45,449 nt of DNA from Clostridia bacterium (GTDB lineage Bacteria; CBDUZB01; JAGLHV01), in contig DAOVVV010000022.1 in the NCBI GenBank assembly GCA_030637025.1, forward strand, positions 1-45,449. The letters are read 5' to 3'. Shown here piece by piece: positions 1-10,521 of this stretch. The position numbers and the translations under genes are program-made. The notes beneath the pieces are model-generated. The model ran no database searches, was not told the DNA's origin, and worked only from the letters and a program-made list of their open reading frames with translations. Every line of letters begins with the position of its first letter. The stretch's first letter is position 1.

Positions 1-42
1 TATATTTAATCTGTTCATATAAAACAAAGAATTAAATCATTT

Positions 43-294
43 TCACTTTTTTACCTGGGAAAAAATTAAAGTAATCTTTTTCCTGCTAATACTTATAAAG
101 TCCAGGGTATTAATTAACTTATTGTTTTTTGAAGAATAAATGTTCACTTTAGTCATCGGAAAAAAAACTTTATTTTCATCAATAACATTAATAAAATCCA
201 ATAATCGTTGTTGGAAATGCAAATAAATTGTCCCCTCTATTCGATAATCATCTGAAAAAATCACTACTTTCTGTTCTTCCGTAGTTACCGTCAT
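43..294 (-). CDS. Small hypothetical protein (resembles DUF6812-type proteins, from recall)
   Basis: 83-aa ORF with AAGGAGG SD upstream; YRIEGTIYL...RLLDFIN...FFPMT pattern. Confidence 0.75.
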   Translation of the reverse strand: MTVTTEEQKVVIFSDDYRIEGTIYLHFQQRLLDFINVIDENKVFFPMTKVNIYSSKNNKLINTLDFISISRKKITLIFSQVKK

Positions 295-401
295 TCTTTC
301 CTCCTTAAATAAAACAGTTATTAATAAATATCTTATAGCTTGTCAAAACTTCGTATTCTGTTAATTCTATAACTTCATCACAGGTAAATACTCTAATTTA
401 T

Positions 402-1661
402 TTATATTTCTTCCGGACTAACTATTTTGCCGGCAATAGCAGACGCAGCAGCTACTGCCGGATTAGAGAGATATACCTCGCTGCGTAAATGTCCCATTCT
501 TCCTGAAAAATTACGATTAGTAGTAGCAATTGCTCTTTCCCCCTCTGCTAATACTCCCATATGCCCTCCCAAACAAGGACCGCAAGTAGGGGTAGAAACC
601 ACTGCTCCCGCATCTATAAATATAGTAATCAATCCTTCCTTTATCGCCTGTTTATAAATAGTTTGTGTTGCCGGAAAAATAATTAATCTTACATAGGAAT
701 GTACTTTTCGCTTCTTTAGAATATGGGCCGCTATTCTTAAATCTTCTATTCTACCATTAGTACAGGAACCAATTACAGACTGGTCAATGAAAATTTCCCC
801 TACCTCACTTATCGGCCTGGTATTAGAAGGTAAATTAGGAAAAGCTACCTGGGGCTCTATCTTAGAACAATTATATTCATATATTTCTTTGTATTTTACA
901 TCTTTATCCCCGATAAATACTTCATAAGGCCTTTCTGCCCTGGCTTCTATATATTCAATCGTAGCATCATCCGGCTGAATAATTCCGTTTTTTCCCCCTG
1001 CTTCTATGGCCATATTACACATCGTCATTCTCTCCGACATAGAAATCTTTTTTATTACTTCACCGGAAAATTCCATAGCACAATATAAGGCACCGTCTAC
1101 CCCAATATCACCTATGGTATATAATATCAAATCTTTTCCTGATACCCACTTTTTTAATTTTCCTTTATAAATAAATTTAATTGTTTCTGGTACTTTAAAC
1201 CAACATTTACCAGTAACCATTGCCGCAGCAAAGTCGGTAGAACCAACACCGGTAGAAAAAGCTCCTAATGCCCCATAAGTACAGGTATGAGAATCTGCCC
1301 CTATGACTACATCCCCCGGCAAAACAATTCCTTTTTCAGGTAAAAGGGCATGTTCAATCCCCCCCCTTCCTACTTCATAATAATGTTCTATTTTTTGCTC
1401 GGAAACAAAAGAACGCAACATCTTACATTGCTCGGCAGATTTTATATCTTTATTAGGAGTAAAATGATCCGGAATTAGAACAATTTTCTTAGAATCAAAA
1501 ACTTTTTTAGCTTTAAGTCTTTTAAATTGTTTTATGGCTAAAGGAGCAGTAATATCATTAGCTAAAGCAATATCTACCCTTGACTGAATTAATTCCCCGG
1601 GCCGTACACTCTTTTTGCCACAATGAGCGGCAAGTATTTTTTCTGTTATGGTCATCCCCAT
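402..1661 (-). CDS. leuC: 3-isopropylmalate dehydratase large subunit
   Basis: Aconitase-family motifs [31 protein letters not shown]; adjacent to leuA. Confidence 0.95.
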   Translation of the reverse strand: MGMTITEKILAAHCGKKSVRPGELIQSRVDIALANDITAPLAIKQFKRLKAKKVFDSKKIVLIPDHFTPNKDIKSAEQCKMLRSFVSEQKIEHYYEVGRGGIEHALLPEKGIVLPGDVVIGADSHTCTYGALGAFSTGVGSTDFAAAMVTGKCWFKVPETIKFIYKGKLKKWVSGKDLILYTIGDIGVDGALYCAMEFSGEVIKKISMSERMTMCNMAIEAGGKNGIIQPDDATIEYIEARAERPYEVFIGDKDVKYKEIYEYNCSKIEPQVAFPNLPSNTRPISEVGEIFIDQSVIGSCTNGRIEDLRIAAHILKKRKVHSYVRLIIFPATQTIYKQAIKEGLITIFIDAGAVVSTPTCGPCLGGHMGVLAEGERAIATTNRNFSGRMGHLRSEVYLSNPAVAAASAIAGKIVSPEEI

Positions 1662-1692
1662 ATCTATTTTCCTCTTCCCTTTATATATTTTA

Positions 1693-3243
1693 TCACTTGC
1701 TTTTTTTACCTTTTTTAACCGGCTCTCTCCTCATCGCAATTTTATTTATTGCATTTAAATAAGCTTTAGCGGAAGCTTCAATAATATCAGTTGAAGTACC
1801 TCTTCCATTAATTATTTTCTCTTTCCATTTTAATTTTATAAGTACTTCACCTAAGGCATCTTTTCCACAAGAAATAGACCGAAGATTGTAATCTATCAAA
1901 GTAACTTTAAAACCACAAATTTTATCGATAGATTTATAAGCAGCATCTACAGGACCGTCTCCGCAGGAAGCCTCCTGAATTATTTCTTTCTCTTTTTTCA
2001 ATCTAACCGTAGCAGTAGGTACTGCTCTATTCCCTGATATAGTATGAATATAATCCAGGGAAAATATTTCCCGCTGTTTTCTGCCAATATTTACCTCATC
2101 TTCCACTAACATATGTAAATCTTCATCATAAATCTGCTTTTTTCTATCGGCTAAAACCTTAAAACTAACAAATACTTTATCCAATTGAGATAAAGAAAGT
2201 TTATATCCTAAATCTTTTAATCTTTTAGCAAAAGCATGTCTACCCGAATGTTTACCCAAAACTAATTTACTTTCGGTTAAACCTACGGATTCGGGTTTCA
2301 TTATTTCATAAGTTATGCGTTTACTTAAAATCCCGTGTTGATGAATACCTGCTTCATGAGCAAAAGCATTACCCCCAACAATTGCTTTATTAGGTTGAAC
2401 TATTACCCCGGTTAAACTACTTACTAATCGCGATACTTTATGTATCTGATGAGTTTTAACATTACTAATTAAAGGAAACAAATCCTTTCTGGTAATAACA
2501 GACATAACAACTTCTTCTAAGGCCGCATTGCCTGCCCGTTCACCAATACCATTAATAGTACATTCTATTTGTCTTGCTCCTTCTTTTATCGCAGAAAGCG
2601 AATTAGCTACTGCCATTCCCAGATCATCATGACAATGAACACTTATTGTTGCTTTCCTGATATTGGGAACCTGTACAACTATATTTTTTATCAGTTGAGA
2701 AAATTCAAAAGGGACTGAATAACCGACCGTATCAGGAATATTTATAGTAGTAGCACCAGCTGTAATTACTGCTTCAATTACCTGACAAAGAAAAGCAAAA
2801 TCGCTTCTTGTCGCATCCTCAGGAGAAAATTGCACATTGGAAGTAAATTTTTTAGCATATTTTACTGCTTCTACTGCCTGATTAAGCACCTGAGAACGGC
2901 TTTTTTTTAATTTATATTTTAAATGTATATCCGAAGTAGCAATAAAAGTATGAATACGCGATTTTTTAGCATATTTTACCGCCTCCCAACAAGCATCTAT
3001 ATCTGATCTTATTGCCCGGGCCAGGCCGCAAATTTCAGAGCCCTTTATGTTTTGTGCAATCGCCTTCACCCCTTCAAAATCATCGGGTGAAGATATGGGA
3101 AAACCCGCCTCAATTACATCTACTTTCATTTCAGCCAAAACTTTAGCAATTTCCAGCTTTTCCCTTTTAGTAAGACTGGCTCCCGGAGATTGTTCTCCAT
3201 CCCTTAAGGTGGTATCAAAAATAACCATTCTTTCCCTTTTCAT
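1693..3243 (-). CDS. leuA: 2-isopropylmalate synthase
   Basis: [30 protein letters not shown] motifs; C-terminal regulatory domain (GDGPVDA). Confidence 0.97.
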   Translation of the reverse strand: MKRERMVIFDTTLRDGEQSPGASLTKREKLEIAKVLAEMKVDVIEAGFPISSPDDFEGVKAIAQNIKGSEICGLARAIRSDIDACWEAVKYAKKSRIHTFIATSDIHLKYKLKKSRSQVLNQAVEAVKYAKKFTSNVQFSPEDATRSDFAFLCQVIEAVITAGATTINIPDTVGYSVPFEFSQLIKNIVVQVPNIRKATISVHCHDDLGMAVANSLSAIKEGARQIECTINGIGERAGNAALEEVVMSVITRKDLFPLISNVKTHQIHKVSRLVSSLTGVIVQPNKAIVGGNAFAHEAGIHQHGILSKRITYEIMKPESVGLTESKLVLGKHSGRHAFAKRLKDLGYKLSLSQLDKVFVSFKVLADRKKQIYDEDLHMLVEDEVNIGRKQREIFSLDYIHTISGNRAVPTATVRLKKEKEIIQEASCGDGPVDAAYKSIDKICGFKVTLIDYNLRSISCGKDALGEVLIKLKWKEKIINGRGTSTDIIEASAKAYLNAINKIAMRREPVKKGKKSK

Positions 3244-3278
3244 TTTAATCTGTACCTTCCTTTTAAAGTCAATTCATA

Positions 3279-3461
3279 AGAGTTCTGCGAAATAACACAT
3301 TCTGCCTGCCTGTCCGCCAGTCCATAAGGCGGGTCATTCCGCTCCGCCTCATCCGCCTGAGGCGGAGGATAATGCGAAATCTATAATGTTCTTAAATATC
3401 AATAGCTTCCTGCTTTCGAAGGAATGACAATAAAGATAAAAAGGCTATTTTGCAGAAGTCT
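3279..3461. mobile_element. MITE/RPE-like element, family A copy 1, with nested hairpin insertions
   Basis: 16-bp terminal inverted repeats (AGAGTTCTGCGAAATA / TATTTTGCAGAAGTCT). Core is homologous, inverted, to 32725-32884. Flanked by near-direct repeats AAGTCAATTCAT (3266-3277) and AATTCAATTCAT (3462-3473). Confidence 0.75.
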
Positions 3462-3702
3462 AATTCAATTCATCTAAGTTTAAAAACTTATTTTAAATAA
3501 ACCAAGCAAACAATAACAATTTATAGAACCTATACATATAGAAAACTATACTATCTCTGCATTGTTAACTAAATCGGCTTAGTTATCAATTATTATCTGT
3601 ATTTTAATAGTTTAGTTATAAGCCAATTCTTAAATAACTAATAAAATTAATTTTTGGTTTTTTCAATAATTGTAAATACCTGCCCCGTTTGTATATTCAT
3701 AT

Positions 3703-4458
3703 TTATTGGGGTTTTTTACGCAGAATATAAATCCTTAAAATATAATCAATAATACCCGAGAGCATATAAGCAATGGAAATTATTAAAATTATATTTGCCG
3801 GATACATAAAAACAATCAAACCAAAAGTCACTACTAATATAAAAAAGCGAAAAGACTTACGCTTATTTAATTTAAACTTTTTAAAATTATTATAACGAAA
3901 ATTACTCACCATAAGATAAGATAATAAAACAATTCCCAGGGGTATTAATTTGCTAATAAAAGGAATTTCCTTCATTAAAAAAGGAATAGTTTTAGAACTT
4001 ATATCCTGAATAAACATTTGATAGACCAGAATAAACGACGCTAAAAAACCGCCTGCTGCCGGAACAGGCAATCCCTGAAAATGAAAACTATCTTCTTCTA
4101 AATTCTGTGCCTTCACATTAAATTTAGCTAACCTCAAAGTAGCAGCAACAATAAAAATCAATATTATGGCTTTACTCATTTTACTATATTTAATTAAAAA
4201 CGCCTGATAAATTAAAATAGCCGGTGCTATTCCAAAAGAAACTAAATCGGCAAAAGAATCAAATTCCACACCAAATTTACTGGTAGACCCGGTCCAACGA
4301 GCTACCCGTCCATCCAGAATATCAAAAACAATAGCAATTAAAATAAACCAGGCAGCAAGAGAAAATTTACCTTCCATAGTATTAACTATAGCAAAAAAAC
4401 CTAAACTCAAATTGATCACAGTCAACAAACTGGGTAAAACATATATCCCTTTACGCAT
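3703..4458 (-). CDS. pssA: CDP-diacylglycerol--serine O-phosphatidyltransferase
   Basis: CDP-alcohol phosphotransferase motif DILDGRVAR...FGVEFDSFADLVSFG; follows psd. Second ATG (4458) fits SD AAGGAG better than 4464. Confidence 0.93.
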   Translation of the reverse strand: MRKGIYVLPSLLTVINLSLGFFAIVNTMEGKFSLAAWFILIAIVFDILDGRVARWTGSTSKFGVEFDSFADLVSFGIAPAILIYQAFLIKYSKMSKAIILIFIVAATLRLAKFNVKAQNLEEDSFHFQGLPVPAAGGFLASFILVYQMFIQDISSKTIPFLMKEIPFISKLIPLGIVLLSYLMVSNFRYNNFKKFKLNKRKSFRFFILVVTFGLIVFMYPANIILIISIAYMLSGIIDYILRIYILRKKPQ

Positions 4459-5155
4459 TTTCATTCTCCTTTATCCTGGCCACTACCGTTATTCCTGCCT
4501 TTACTTTATCTTGTTTTTTTACTGTTACATCAAAAATATACGGCACATAAATATCTACCTGTGAGCCAAACTTAATTAACCCTATTTTTTCACCTTTTTT
4601 TATTTCATCCTCTGTTTTAACCCGACAAACTATTCGCCGGGCAATTAATCCGGCAATCTGCTTTATTAATACATATACTTTTTGAGAGGATTGGTCAGCA
4701 ACCTTGTTTTCCGGAATATGAGCCTCTATACCAATGAGATTTTGTTCATTCTCCTTATCTGCATTTTTCCGGTCAGCAGCCATAAACTTTCCCTCTTTAT
4801 ACTCTATAAAGATTATCTTTCCTGCTACAGGAGCCCGTTGAATATGAACATTGAATACCGACATAAAAATTTTAATTACTCTGAACTTTTCCTCTTTAAA
4901 AAAAACTTTTTTTTCTACTTCTTCTATATCCAAAACCATTCCATCCGCCGGGGCAAGAAGTAATCCCTCACCCGGAGTAATCTTTCGGGGGAAATCCCGG
5001 AAAAAAAACATACAAAACACACATAAGAGTAAAAAAAAGATACTCAAAAAAAGGAATAAGGAACCAAAATTTCTACCTAAAACATAACAAGCCAAAAATA
5101 ACCCAAAAAAAATTTTAATAAAACTCATTCCTTCCGGAACAAAGGGTAAACGCAC
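4451..5155 (-). CDS. psd: Phosphatidylserine decarboxylase proenzyme
   Basis: FFRD, APADG, FNVHIQRAP, QIAGLIARRI and FGS self-cleavage site; GTG start with AAGGAG SD. Confidence 0.94.
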   Translation of the reverse strand: MRLPFVPEGMSFIKIFFGLFLACYVLGRNFGSLFLFLSIFFLLLCVFCMFFFRDFPRKITPGEGLLLAPADGMVLDIEEVEKKVFFKEEKFRVIKIFMSVFNVHIQRAPVAGKIIFIEYKEGKFMAADRKNADKENEQNLIGIEAHIPENKVADQSSQKVYVLIKQIAGLIARRIVCRVKTEDEIKKGEKIGLIKFGSQVDIYVPYIFDVTVKKQDKVKAGITVVARIKENENA

Positions 5156-5175
5156 AATAAACTCCTTATTTGTTC

Positions 5176-6168
5176 TTATTTTTTTAACCAGGACATCATT
5201 CCCCGTAAAATCCGGCCGACTTTTTCAATAGCATGTTCGGAAGAATCTTTACTTGCCTGCCGAAATACCGGCCGCCCTACCTGATTTTCCAATAACCATT
5301 CCCGGGCAAATTCCCCTGACTTTATTTCATCCAGTATTTTTTTCATTTCTTTTTTTGTTTTTTCGTTAATAATTCTTTTTCCCCGGCTATATTCACCATA
5401 CTCTGCTGTATCGGAAATAGAATAATTCATTCCGGAAATACCCTTTTCCTGAATCAAATCGGTAATTAATTTAACCTCATGCAGACATTCAAAATAAGCA
5501 ACTTCCGGTTGATAACCCGCTTCTACCAATGTCTCAAATCCTTTTTTAATCAACTCTACCAACCCACCACAAAGAACCACCTGTTCCCCGAACAAATCAG
5601 TTTCTGTTTCCTCGGCAAAGGTAGTTTCAATTACTCCGGCTCTAGTACTTCCGATACCTTTAGCATAAGCCAGCGCACTTTCCCTTGCTTTTCCTGCCTT
5701 ATCCTGATACACGGCAAACAAAGCCGGTACTCCTTTCCCTTCCTCATACATTCTTCTTACCAAATGCCCCGGACTCTTGGGTGCTACCATAACTACATTA
5801 GCATCTGCCGGCGGTTCTATTTGATAAAAACGAATATTAAATCCATGAGAAAACCCTAATGTTACTCCCTTTTTTAAATTAGGTAAAATCTCCGAATAAT
5901 AAACTTTATTTTGCAATTGATCAGGAAGAAGAATTTGAATAAAATCAGCTCCCTTGCAGGCTTCGGCAGCAGAAAGAGGCTTCCAACCATCCTCTATCGC
6001 TTTATCCCAGTTTACCACACCTTTTTTTTCTCCTATTACTACATTTAATCCTGAATCTCTAAGGTTTTGAGCCTGAGCATGCCCTTGACTACCATACCCA
6101 ATACAAGCAATTTTTTTTCCTTTTAAAACCTTTAAATCCGCATCCTGTTCATAATACATCTTTGCCAT
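5176..6168 (-). CDS. ilvC: Ketol-acid reductoisomerase
   Basis: [30 protein letters not shown]. Confidence 0.98.
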   Translation of the reverse strand: MAKMYYEQDADLKVLKGKKIACIGYGSQGHAQAQNLRDSGLNVVIGEKKGVVNWDKAIEDGWKPLSAAEACKGADFIQILLPDQLQNKVYYSEILPNLKKGVTLGFSHGFNIRFYQIEPPADANVVMVAPKSPGHLVRRMYEEGKGVPALFAVYQDKAGKARESALAYAKGIGSTRAGVIETTFAEETETDLFGEQVVLCGGLVELIKKGFETLVEAGYQPEVAYFECLHEVKLITDLIQEKGISGMNYSISDTAEYGEYSRGKRIINEKTKKEMKKILDEIKSGEFAREWLLENQVGRPVFRQASKDSSEHAIEKVGRILRGMMSWLKK

Positions 6169-6190
6169 TATTATCCTCCTTGTTTTTTCT

Positions 6191-6679
6191 CTATCTTATT
6201 TTATTCATTCCCCTGGACATAGCAATAATCCCTGTACGGGCAACTTCCTCTATTTCGAAGGGTTGCAACAATTTGATCAAAGCTTCGATTTTATCCGCAT
6301 TTCCGGTCATTTCAATAATTAAAGTTTTGGCAGAAACATCAATAATTTTTGCCCGGAAAATATCCACTATTTGTAAAATCTCAGAACGGTTAGAATTATC
6401 CGCTTTAACTTTAATCATAACAAAGTCTCTTTCCACATGGCTTACATTTAAAAAATCACTAACCTTTATTACATCTATCAGCTTATTTAATTGTTTCATT
6501 ACCTGCTCTAAAATCCGCTCATCACCCCGAACAACAATGGTCATACGTGAAATAGTCACATCTTCTGTTTCCCCTACTGATAAGCTGTCAATATTAAACC
6601 CGCGTGCACTAAATAAACTGGCAATTCTAGCTAAAACACCTGACTTATTTTCTACCAATACCGCAATTGTATGTCTCAC
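6191..6679 (-). CDS. ilvN: Acetolactate synthase small subunit
   Basis: ACT domain [24 protein letters not shown]. Likely GTG start at 6679 after GGAGG (track start 6700). Confidence 0.96.
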   Translation of the reverse strand: MRHTIAVLVENKSGVLARIASLFSARGFNIDSLSVGETEDVTISRMTIVVRGDERILEQVMKQLNKLIDVIKVSDFLNVSHVERDFVMIKVKADNSNRSEILQIVDIFRAKIIDVSAKTLIIEMTGNADKIEALIKLLQPFEIEEVARTGIIAMSRGMNKIR

Positions 6680-6746
6680 CTTTCCTCCTTTTATATTCAT
6701 AAGCTTACTAAGATAAATAGCATTTCTTCTACGGGTAAACTTTTAT

Positions 6747-8441
6747 TTATGCCAGTTCACAAATTATTTCATCAAGGGGAACACCGGCAGGAACCATAGG
6801 AAATACATTTTCTTCTTTTTCTATATGAAAATCTAAAACTACTGTCTTTTTCATCTCTATCGCTTTCTTTATTGCTTTTTCTACTTCATCTTTTTTGGTT
6901 ATGCGTAATCCCACGGCATTATAAGCCTCTGCTACTTTAACAAAATCGGGATTACCGGAAAACAAGGTAGCCGAATATCTTTTTTTATAAAAAAGTTCCT
7001 GCCATTGGCGCACCATACCCAGACAATTATTATTTAAAATAACAACTATTACTGCTATTTTATTTTGTACTGCAGTAGCTAATTCCTGAATATTCATCTG
7101 AAAACTTCCATCCCCTGCAATATCAAAAACGAGTTTTTCCGGACACCCCATTTTAGCCCCGATTGCTGCAGGAAACCCATAACCCATCGTCCCTAATCCC
7201 CCACTGGTAAGAAAATGACGGGGATAATCGTATTGATAAAACTGTTCCGCCCACATCTGATTTTGCCCTACTTCAGTAACAATAACAGCCTTACCTTTGG
7301 TTGCTTCATAAATCTTTTCCATAATAAATTGCGGACGCAATTTATTATCCTGCTTATATTTCAAGGGTTTCTCTTCCTTCCACTTTCCAATCTGCTTATG
7401 CCAACTTTCCAATCTGTTTTTTTTGAATTCATCTTTTTTCTGTTTAATTATTTCATTTAGTTTTTCTAACACATTCTTAACGTCACCTACAATGGGAATA
7501 TCTACTTTCACATTTTTACTAATGGAAGTAGGATCGATATCAATATGAATAATTTTTGCTCCCGGAGCAAAAGCGTCTATTTTTGCGGTAATCCGGTCAT
7601 CAAAGCGAGCCCCTATAGCAATAATTAAATCCGACTGCTGTATAGAAAAATTAGCATAATGGGTACCATGCATTCCCAGCATTCCCAAAAACAGTTCTGA
7701 AGTACCGGGAAATCCCCCCATTCCCATTAAAGTAGTAGTTACCGGTATTTGAGTGATTTCAGCTAATTCCTTTAATTGCTTGGCCCCTCCTGAACTAATT
7801 ACTCCCCCTCCGGCATAAATAACCGGCTGCTTTGACAAGGAAATCAATTCCACTGCTTTTTCTATTTGTTTCATATGCCCGAAGTAATTAGGCTTGTAAC
7901 TACGAATTTCTACCTCTTGAGCAGGAGGAAAAAACTCAGTACTCATTTTTTGAATATCCGCAGGCAAATCAATTAATACGGGACCCTGCCGTCCACTGCG
8001 GGCAATATAAAAGGCTTCTCTAATAGTTTTAGCCAGATCTTTAACATCCTTAACTAAATAATTATGTTTGGTAATTGAGCGGGTAATACCGGTTGTATCT
8101 GCTTCCTGAAAAGCATCATTACCAATTAAAGAAGTGGCTACCTGTCCGGTAAAAGCAACCATAGGAATAGAATCCATATGGGCAGTAGCCAGTCCGGTAG
8201 TAAAATTAGTTGCCCCCGGGCCTGAAGTAGCAATGCAAACCCCTACTTTGCCGGTAACCCGGGCATATCCATCAGCCATATGAGATGCCCCTTGCTCATG
8301 ACGAGCAAGAACAAACTTTATCGGTCCATCATAAAGTGCATCAAAAATAGGTAAAAGCACCCCCCCGGGAATTCCAAAAAGTATTTCTACTTGCTGCTCC
8401 TTAAGACACTCTAAAAAAATCTGTGCTCCTGTTAATTTCAT
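6747..8441 (-). CDS. ilvB: Acetolactate synthase large subunit, biosynthetic type
   Basis: RHEQGA, TSGPGATN, GARFDDR, TPP motif GDGS...NN, MVRQWQ. Confidence 0.97.
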   Translation of the reverse strand: MKLTGAQIFLECLKEQQVEILFGIPGGVLLPIFDALYDGPIKFVLARHEQGASHMADGYARVTGKVGVCIATSGPGATNFTTGLATAHMDSIPMVAFTGQVATSLIGNDAFQEADTTGITRSITKHNYLVKDVKDLAKTIREAFYIARSGRQGPVLIDLPADIQKMSTEFFPPAQEVEIRSYKPNYFGHMKQIEKAVELISLSKQPVIYAGGGVISSGGAKQLKELAEITQIPVTTTLMGMGGFPGTSELFLGMLGMHGTHYANFSIQQSDLIIAIGARFDDRITAKIDAFAPGAKIIHIDIDPTSISKNVKVDIPIVGDVKNVLEKLNEIIKQKKDEFKKNRLESWHKQIGKWKEEKPLKYKQDNKLRPQFIMEKIYEATKGKAVIVTEVGQNQMWAEQFYQYDYPRHFLTSGGLGTMGYGFPAAIGAKMGCPEKLVFDIAGDGSFQMNIQELATAVQNKIAVIVVILNNNCLGMVRQWQELFYKKRYSATLFSGNPDFVKVAEAYNAVGLRITKKDEVEKAIKKAIEMKKTVVLDFHIEKEENVFPMVPAGVPLDEIICELA

Positions 8442-8490
8442 CTGTTCCTCCCTTTACATTTGCTAGTAATGTCAAAAATGTTTTATTACC

Positions 8491-8520
8491 GTCATTCCTG
8501 CCCCGTATCAAGTACGGAAT
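8491..8520. repeat. Truncated REP-like palindrome related to the family A core
   Basis: GTCATTCC followed by hairpin CCGTA-TCAAG-TACGG-AAT; compare CCGCA-TCGAG-TGCGG-AAT at 32839. Confidence 0.55.
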
Positions 8521-8661
8521 AAAGCCCGGAAAAAATCTCAAATGGGAAACTACACGGACTAAAGTCTACAACTATCCAGAGTAAATTTTTTTTGTTTTTA
8601 ACTTTTTGTTTCTTCTTTTTTCAACTTATAACTCATAACTAATAATTTTTTTATTATCGGC

Positions 8662-10314
8662 CTATTTCACCACTGCACCCTCACTTGCAGAAGTAACCAT
8701 TCCTGCATATCTTTTTAAATATCCCTTTTTAATTTTCATCTGAGGTGGCTTCCATTTAGCCAAACGCAATTTTATTTCCATATCGGTTAACCTAACATCT
8801 ATCTTCCGTTTATGAATATCTATATGGATAAGATCGCCATTTTGTACTATAGCCAGAGCTCCTCCTTCTGCCGCTTCCGGCGAAATATGTCCGATACACG
8901 GGCCTCTAGTCCCTCCCGAAAATCTTCCATCGGTAATTAACGCTACCCGGTCATCCAAGCCTATTCCCATTAAAGCAGCTGTAGGGGAAAGCATTTCTCG
9001 CATTCCCGGCCCGCCTTTGGGCCCTTCATAACGAATAACAATTACCGATCCCTTCTTTATTTTCCTATCTATAATTGCTTTCATTGCCTGCTCTTCATTT
9101 TCAAAAACAACCGCTTTTCCGGAAAACTTCATCATTTTTTCTTTAACCGCTGCCTGCTTTACCACACACCCTTCGGGAGCCAAATTACCATAAAGAATGG
9201 CTATTCCTCCTTCCTTATGGTAAGCTTTTTTCTGACTTCTAATTACTTCTGAGTTTTCCACTTTAGCCAGTTTAGTAATTTCTAAAATATCATTTCCACT
9301 AACAGTAGGATTACTTTTTAATTTATTTCTTAATACAGATAAAACAGCTTTTATTCCTCCGGCATATTCTAAATCTTCCATAAAATAATTTCCTCCCGGA
9401 CGAATATTGGCAATATGGGGAACTTTTCGGGAAATTTCATCAAATAAACTCAAGGATAATTCTACTCCTGCTTCCCGGGCAATTGCCATCAAATGTAATA
9501 TTGTATTAGTAGAACCTCCCAGAGCCATATCTACAACAATAGCATTAACAAAAGATTCCTTAGTCATAATTTTTCGTGCAGACACATTATGTTTAATCAA
9601 ATCAATAATTCTTTCTCCTGAAGCATAAGCAATTCTCTTTTTCTTAGCCGACCCAGCCATAGCAGTAGCACAATCAACTAAAGACATACCCATAGCTTCG
9701 GTAAGACAGGACATTGTATTGGCAGTATATAATCCCTGGCAAGATCCTTGACCCGGACAGGCTTCTATTTCCAATGCTTCTAAAACATCCTGGGATATTT
9801 TCTTGGCTTTAAAATTACCTACAGCTTCAAAGGTATCTTTAACTAACGAACGTCTTTTTTGTTTGTACATCCCCGACTGCATTGGCCCGGCAGTAACTAT
9901 TATACAGGGAATATTTAACCGGGCGGCAGCCATTAACATCCCGGGAGTAATCTTATCACAATTAGTTAAAAGAATTAAACCATCCAAACAATGTGCCTCG
10001 GCAACACATTCTACCATATCAGCAATTAATTCCCTGGAAGGAAGAGAATAATGCATACCAATATGCCCCATAGCCACACCGTCACAAATTCCCGGTATCC
10101 CAAAAACAAAAGGAACACCTCCTCCGCTACTTATTCCCCTTTCTACCATCCGTTCTAAGTCACGCATACCTACATGTCCGGGAATTAAATCAGTAAAACC
10201 AGAAGCTATCCCCACAAAAGGTTTGCTAAAATCACTCTTACTTAATCCGGTAGCTAACAACAACGCTCTATTCGGGGTCCTTTCAATTCCTTTTTTTACT
10301 CGGTTACTACGCAT
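8662..10314 (-). CDS. ilvD: Dihydroxy-acid dehydratase
   Basis: [33 protein letters not shown]. Start at MRSN after GGAGG (track start 10341). Confidence 0.97.
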   Translation of the reverse strand: MRSNRVKKGIERTPNRALLLATGLSKSDFSKPFVGIASGFTDLIPGHVGMRDLERMVERGISSGGGVPFVFGIPGICDGVAMGHIGMHYSLPSRELIADMVECVAEAHCLDGLILLTNCDKITPGMLMAAARLNIPCIIVTAGPMQSGMYKQKRRSLVKDTFEAVGNFKAKKISQDVLEALEIEACPGQGSCQGLYTANTMSCLTEAMGMSLVDCATAMAGSAKKKRIAYASGERIIDLIKHNVSARKIMTKESFVNAIVVDMALGGSTNTILHLMAIAREAGVELSLSLFDEISRKVPHIANIRPGGNYFMEDLEYAGGIKAVLSVLRNKLKSNPTVSGNDILEITKLAKVENSEVIRSQKKAYHKEGGIAILYGNLAPEGCVVKQAAVKEKMMKFSGKAVVFENEEQAMKAIIDRKIKKGSVIVIRYEGPKGGPGMREMLSPTAALMGIGLDDRVALITDGRFSGGTRGPCIGHISPEAAEGGALAIVQNGDLIHIDIHKRKIDVRLTDMEIKLRLAKWKPPQMKIKKGYLKRYAGMVTSASEGAVVK

Positions 10315-10386
10315 AAACTTATCCTCCCTTTCTTCCCCCATAAAAATAATTTTTAAATTTATTAAAACCAGCTTACTAAAAAAATA

Positions 10387-10505
10387 AACTACCCCACAGC
10401 TTGCTGCGGGGAATTAAAACCGAGCCCCTTCGCCTCCCTGCGGTCTGCTCAGGATCAATTCGACTACAGAGTTTTTATCAGCATAGCTGATAAAAACTCT
10501 AAGTC
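10387..10505. repeat. Multi-hairpin dispersed element, family C monomer
   Basis: AACTACCCC start; hairpins CCCCACAGC-TT-GCTGCGGGG and GAGTTTTTATCAGC-ATA-GCTGATAAAAACTC. 10445-10476 is identical to 45200-45231 (32 bp). Confidence 0.85.
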
Positions 10506-10521
10506 TCATTGAAATAATAAA

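Noticed and set aside
3703-5155. psd-pssA inside the ilv-leu operon as a novelty
   Set aside because: ilvC-psd-pssA-leuA is a known conserved gene order in several bacterial groups.
10387-10505. T-box or ilv attenuator
   Set aside because: No T-box motif or Ile/Leu/Val-rich leader recognised; a homolog occurs in an unrelated context.
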